64,000 nt of DNA, taken from Eledone cirrhosa. Taxonomy: Eukaryota. Positions 62,737 through 64,000 of the stretch are shown here, piece by piece. A program made the position numbers and the translations under genes. Each line of letters opens with the position of its first letter. Position 1 is the first letter of the stretch. Location of the stretch: positions 295,306,001 through 295,370,000 of the forward strand of contig OZ024740.1 in the NCBI GenBank assembly GCA_964016885.1. The letters are read 5' to 3'. The notes beneath the pieces are model-generated. The model was not told the DNA's origin. It did no database searches and saw only the letters and a list, made by a program, of their open reading frames with translations.

Positions 62737-63667
62737 AATCCATTTTTTATTTCGGTGATCCATTTTCTATTTGGGGGATCCATTTTTTATTTCGGTGATC
62801 CATTTTTTATTTGGGTGATCCATTTTTTATTTGATGGATCTCCCAAATAAAAAATGGATCACCCAAATAAAAAATGGATCCCCCAAATAAAAAATGGATC
62901 ACCCAAATAAAAAATGGATCACCCAAATAAAAACTTGATCCTCCAAATAAAAAATGGATCACCCAAATAAAAAATGGATCCCCCAAATAAAAAATGGATC
63001 CCCCAAATAAAAAATGGATCCCCCAAATAAAAAATGGATCACCCAAATAAAAACTGGATCCCCCAAATAAAAAATGGATCCCCCAAATAAAAAATTGATC
63101 ACCCAAATAAAAAATGGATCGCCCAAATAAAAAATGGATCCAAAAAATTAAAAATGGATCCCCCAAATAAAAAATGGATCCCCCAAATAAAAAATGGATC
63201 CCCCAAATAAAAAATGGATCACCCAAATTAAAAATTGATCACCCAAATAAAAAATGGATCGCCCAAATAAAAAATGGATCGCCCAAATAAAAAATGGATC
63301 ACCCAAATAAAAAATGGATCACCCAAATAAAAAATGGATCCCCCAAATAAAAAATAGATCCCCCAAATAAAAAATGGATCGCCCAAATAAAAAATGGATC
63401 CAAAAAATTAAAAATGGATCCCCCAAATAAAAAATGGATCCCCCAAATAAAAAATGGATCCCCCAAATAAAAAATGGATCACCCAAATAAAAAATTGATC
63501 ACCCAAATAAATAATGGATCGCCCAAATAAAAAATGGATCGCCCAAATAAAAAATGGATCACCCAAATAAAAAATGGATCACCCAAATAAAAAATGGATC
63601 CCCCAAATAAAAAATAGATCCCCCAAATAAAAAATGGATCACCCAAATAAAAAATGGATCACCCAAA
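62737..63667. repeat. SatA array (5 reverse monomers, then forward)
   Basis: Switch near 62838. Confidence 0.95.
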
Positions 63668-64000
63668 TTAATGCTGAAATTTTCTGGAAAAAATGACGAA
63701 ATTTTCTGGAAAAAATGACCAAATTTTCAGCAAAAATGACGAAATTTTCTGGAAAAATTGACGAAATATTCTGGATAAATTGACGAAATATTCGTGAAAA
63801 ATGTCGAAATTTTTTGGAAACAATGACGAAATTTTCGGGAAATATTGACGAAATTTTCTGTGAAAAATGCCGAAATTTTCGGGAAAAAACGTCGAAATTT
63901 TGGTCAAAAATTGTTGAAATTTTCGGCAAAAATTGTTGAAATTTTCGGCTGAAACTGACGAAATTTTCGGGAAAAAATGATGAAATTTTCGGCAAAAATT
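63668..64000 (+). repeat. SatB block 16 (truncated by the window end)
   Basis: 22-bp tandem; matches the start of block 8. Confidence 0.95.

Larger units (their letters stand above)
1..64000. repeat. Composite satellite DNA array (20-bp SatA, 22-bp SatB, 15-bp G-rich SatC linker)
   Basis: Every part of the window can be assigned to one of three short tandem monomers; no unique sequence seen. Confidence 0.98.

Noticed and set aside
1-64000. CRISPR array
   Set aside because: Repeats are contiguous with no unique spacers, leader or cas genes.

Overview
The whole 64-kb window is a composite satellite array. I find no credible protein-coding genes, RNA genes, CRISPR arrays or autonomous mobile elements, and no unique sequence. 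It has three repeat families. SatA is a 20-bp monomer, TGGATC(A/C)CCCAAATAAAAAA, covering about two thirds of the window in both orientations; I counted by hand roughly 85 orientation switches, almost all pivoting on the palindromic GATC core. SatB is a 22-bp monomer, TGACGAAATTTTCGG(C/G)AAAAA(A/T), in 16 blocks of 0.24-2.6 kb, always in one orientation and with conserved first and last monomers. SatC is a 51-81 bp G-rich linker of 15-bp units, TTAGG(A/G)GGTA(G/A)AACC, in 15 copies, always on the + strand directly after SatB. The three form a polar cassette repeated 15 times: SatA-forward, SatB, SatC, five SatA-reverse monomers, a fixed inversion junction TTTGATGGATCTCCCAAA, then SatA-forward. 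Superimposed are 300-bp and 700-bp higher-order repeats, a ~4.8-kb and a ~13.2-kb tandem duplication, and inverted or template-switched copies. All ORFs in the track are explained by the repeats. The most likely origin is eukaryotic heterochromatin (subtelomeric, telomeric or pericentromeric); the organism and function cannot be determined from this sequence. All coordinates and counts were read by eye.
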